IMG/VR virus record: IMGVR_UViG_3300032319_000806
Span: 1-27,782 of that record
From: a virus
Lineage: Duplodnaviria > Caudoviricetes
Length of the DNA stretch: 27,782 nucleotides
Reading direction: 5' to 3' (one strand)
A program made the translations under genes and the position numbers. Below, one piece after another: positions 25,839 through 27,782 of the stretch. Numbering within the stretch: the first letter of the stretch is position 1; every line of letters starts with the position of its first letter. The notes beneath the pieces are model-generated. The model was not told the DNA's origin. It did not search any database and worked only from the letters and a program-made list of their open reading frames with translations.

Positions 25839-26543
25839 TTAAATTACTAATGTTTTTTCGTGACCAACATGAGCTTTTGGATTTACCCAAATATCAAAGT
25901 TTTCTTTTTTAGCATCAATACAAAATGAAACATCTTCAGAGCAAACATCTTCTATATTATTATTTAGCTTCATGAGTTTTGGTGCAAACCAAGGATATTT
26001 TATCTTTTCAAAAACTCCTTGTTTAATTAAAACCCAACCAAAACCAATATAGTCTACTTTAAATGATTCTTTCTTATCTTTAATTTCTTTAGCAGATAAG
26101 AACTGGTAACATCCATGTTTTTTAAAATATTCATCATTCATATTCTCGACTACTGGAGTTATAAATGATTCTTTAGATAAATAATCAGAAGGTTGAGAAT
26201 ACCAACCAGAAGCTATATCTTTGTCCATTTTAATTAACTCTAGAAATGAATTGATATTAAATATTATATCACTATCAATCCACATCAAGTAATCATAATG
26301 CTCCCCATTAAATGGTTTTTGATTTTTTCCTCTATTTACATCAGCATTTAAACATTTGCATCTTGCAAAATTGACCATACTAGAATAGGTTTGAGAAATT
26401 CTACAAATTGCACCCGCTTTAGATAACAAAGCTATCAATTCCACAAAATTAACTAAAAAATTACCAGAATATTTAGCTCCAGGAAGACAAAATATAATTG
26501 TTTTGTCTCTTAAACCATAAGATTGATTAAAATTAATATTCAA
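25839..26543 (-). CDS. GT-A (GT2-like) glycosyltransferase
   Basis: VNFAR, WIDSD (DxD), GFGWVLIK, SEDVSFC, VGHEK. Confidence 0.8.
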   Translation of the reverse strand: MNINFNQSYGLRDKTIIFCLPGAKYSGNFLVNFVELIALLSKAGAICRISQTYSSMVNFARCKCLNADVNRGKNQKPFNGEHYDYLMWIDSDIIFNINSFLELIKMDKDIASGWYSQPSDYLSKESFITPVVENMNDEYFKKHGCYQFLSAKEIKDKKESFKVDYIGFGWVLIKQGVFEKIKYPWFAPKLMKLNNNIEDVCSEDVSFCIDAKKENFDIWVNPKAHVGHEKTLVI

Positions 26544-26554
26544 TGGACTCTTAT

Positions 26555-26583
26555 ATTATAAATTTGAGTCTATGAAAATTCAA
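26555..26583 (-). promoter_or_regulatory. Sigma70-type promoter for glycosyltransferase
   Basis: TTGAAT-N17-TATAAT on the minus strand. Confidence 0.6.
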
Positions 26584-26593
26584 TTTAAATATA

Positions 26594-26622
26594 TTGATAT
26601 TATTGCTATATTAATATATAAT
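26594..26622 (+). promoter_or_regulatory. Sigma70-type promoter for tRNA-Ser
   Basis: TTGATA-N17-TATAAT, ending 8 nt before the tRNA. Confidence 0.65.
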
Positions 26623-26630
26623 ACTATTAT

Positions 26631-26717
26631 GGTGCGATGGCTGAGTGGTCTAAAGCAGGAGTTTACTAAACTCTCGTAGCCTAAAAACTACCGTGGGTTC
26701 GAATCCTACTCGCACCG
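26631..26717 (+). tRNA. tRNA-Ser (ACT), class II, CCA not encoded
   Basis: Acceptor GGTGCGA/TCGCACC, anticodon arm GGAGT-TTACTAA-ACTCT, long variable arm GTAG-CCTAAAAA-CTAC, T arm GTGGG-TTCGAAT-CCTAC, discriminator G. Confidence 0.9.
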
Positions 26718-26722
26718 ATTAA

Positions 26723-27782
26723 TTAAATTGCAGATATTGTAACTGTGCCAGAAGCTCCACCTGCTTGAAAATAAGTGCCAGGTATTGGTAAACCAACCCT
26801 AGTCCATAAAAAGTTCCCAGGGTTTGATATTTCTTCTATAACCCAAAATTGACCACCCACACTTCTTCTTATAATAGTGTATGTATTAGTTTCATCATAG
26901 TAAATAGGTAATCCAAAAGTAGGATCAACTCTTCCAGTATCATAAAATTTTAAATTATTTATATTTGGACTTAAACTTGTTCCAGTAGCTATATATAAAT
27001 ATACTGGTCTTTTTTTAGTAGTTAATTTGCCAGTTCCACCACCTTTTATTATATTAGAACTCAAAGTAAAAGCAATAGTTGGTTTTCCACCAAAAGTCGA
27101 AGTCCATCCAGGAGTTAATCTTAAGTAATAAATTTTTAAATTGGCGCTTGTGCTTAAAAAAACATTTGCCCCTATAGTAGGAGGAGTTCCTAAAAAATTC
27201 ATTTTAATTAACAAAGTGCAATTATAGAACCCACCAACCCCAATGCTTATTACGCTCTTGGGAATGGTTAGCGTTGCTATTCCGCAACTTTCAAACGCAC
27301 TACTCCCAATACTCGTTACGCCGCTTCCAAGAGTGATACTGGTTAGGCTAGTGCAACTTTGGAACGCATAATTTCCAATGCTCGTTACGCTGTTAGGAAT
27401 CGTGAGAGTATTAAAGCCACAGGCTAGGAACGCATAAATTCCAATGCTTGTTACGCTACTACCGATGATGAGGTTGGTTAGACTGGGGCAATAATAGAAC
27501 GCAGCAAATCCAATGCTCGTTACCCCACTCCCGATTACTACGCTGGTTAGACCAGCGCATTCTCTGCACACTTCATCTCCCATGCTTGTCACGCTGTTGG
27601 GTATGGTGATGCTGGTTAGAGAAATGCATTTATAGAACGCACCAGACCCAATACTCGTAACGCTGGAAGGAATGATTATGCTGGTCAAACCAGTGCAACC
27701 ATAGAACGCATAGGTCGGAATACTCGTTAAGGCGTTTGGGATGGTAAAGCTGGTTAAACTAGTGCATGCTCTGAACGCTTGA
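26723..27782 (-). CDS. BspA/TpLRR leucine-rich-repeat protein (5' end outside window)
   Basis: Tandem LTSITIPNSVTSIGxxAFxxC repeats; the frame stays open to the window edge (QAFRACTSLTSFTIPNALTSIPTYAFYGC). Confidence 0.92.
   Translation of the reverse strand, partial: QAFRACTSLTSFTIPNALTSIPTYAFYGCTGLTSIIIPSSVTSIGSGAFYKCISLTSITIPNSVTSMGDEVCRECAGLTSVVIGSGVTSIGFAAFYYCPSLTNLIIGSSVTSIGIYAFLACGFNTLTIPNSVTSIGNYAFQSCTSLTSITLGSGVTSIGSSAFESCGIATLTIPKSVISIGVGGFYNCTLLIKMNFLGTPPTIGANVFLSTSANLKIYYLRLTPGWTSTFGGKPTIAFTLSSNIIKGGGTGKLTTKKRPVYLYIATGTSLSPNINNLKFYDTGRVDPTFGLPIYYDETNTYTIIRRSVGGQFWVIEEISNPGNFLWTRVGLPIPGTYFQAGGASGTVTISAI
27210..27782 (-). repeat. Degenerate 66-69 bp tandem repeats encoding the LRR units
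   Basis: Recurrent ccaatRctYgttacgc and gaacgca cores on the plus strand at 22-23 codon spacing. Confidence 0.8.

Noticed and set aside
26655-26680. Amber suppressor reading (CTA) of the second tRNA
   Set aside because: The stem GGAGT/ACTCT centres the 7-nt loop on ACT; CTA is one base off register.
1-27782. Stop-codon reassignment
   Set aside because: Conserved genes are full length in the standard code with dense packing, and TAA, TGA and TAG all end genes at plausible positions.
27210-27782. CRISPR array or DGR template/variable repeat
   Set aside because: The repeats are degenerate, in frame and explained by LRR coding; there are no unique spacers, no adenine-specific mismatch pattern and no reverse transcriptase in the window.

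Overview
AT-rich, gene-dense segment of a large tailed dsDNA bacteriophage, read in the standard genetic code. From left to right it holds: a truncated class Ia nrdA; a tail fibre with an S74 chaperone followed by a glycine-rich adhesin; a minus-strand packaging operon (Zn-ribbon protein, sigma factor, possible TerS, C2H2-ERCC4 nuclease, TerL, portal); phoH; a glycosyltransferase, a second sigma factor and a dNMP kinase. A long plus-strand metabolic cluster follows (dCMP deaminase, degenerate dUTPase, GMP reductase/IMPDH-family enzyme, AcpS, LpxH-like phosphoesterase, PurA, acyl carrier protein). The window ends with an HNH endonuclease, tRNA-Asn(GTT), a second glycosyltransferase, an unusual tRNA-Ser(ACT) and a truncated BspA-type LRR gene. 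The most notable features are a phage-encoded AcpS + ACP pair interleaved with purine enzymes, an apparent G/C-to-A/T nucleotide conversion set, the A34 serine tRNA, a recurrent GTGTAA upstream motif and a leaderless promoter architecture. All calls come from motif recognition by eye; no database searches were run.
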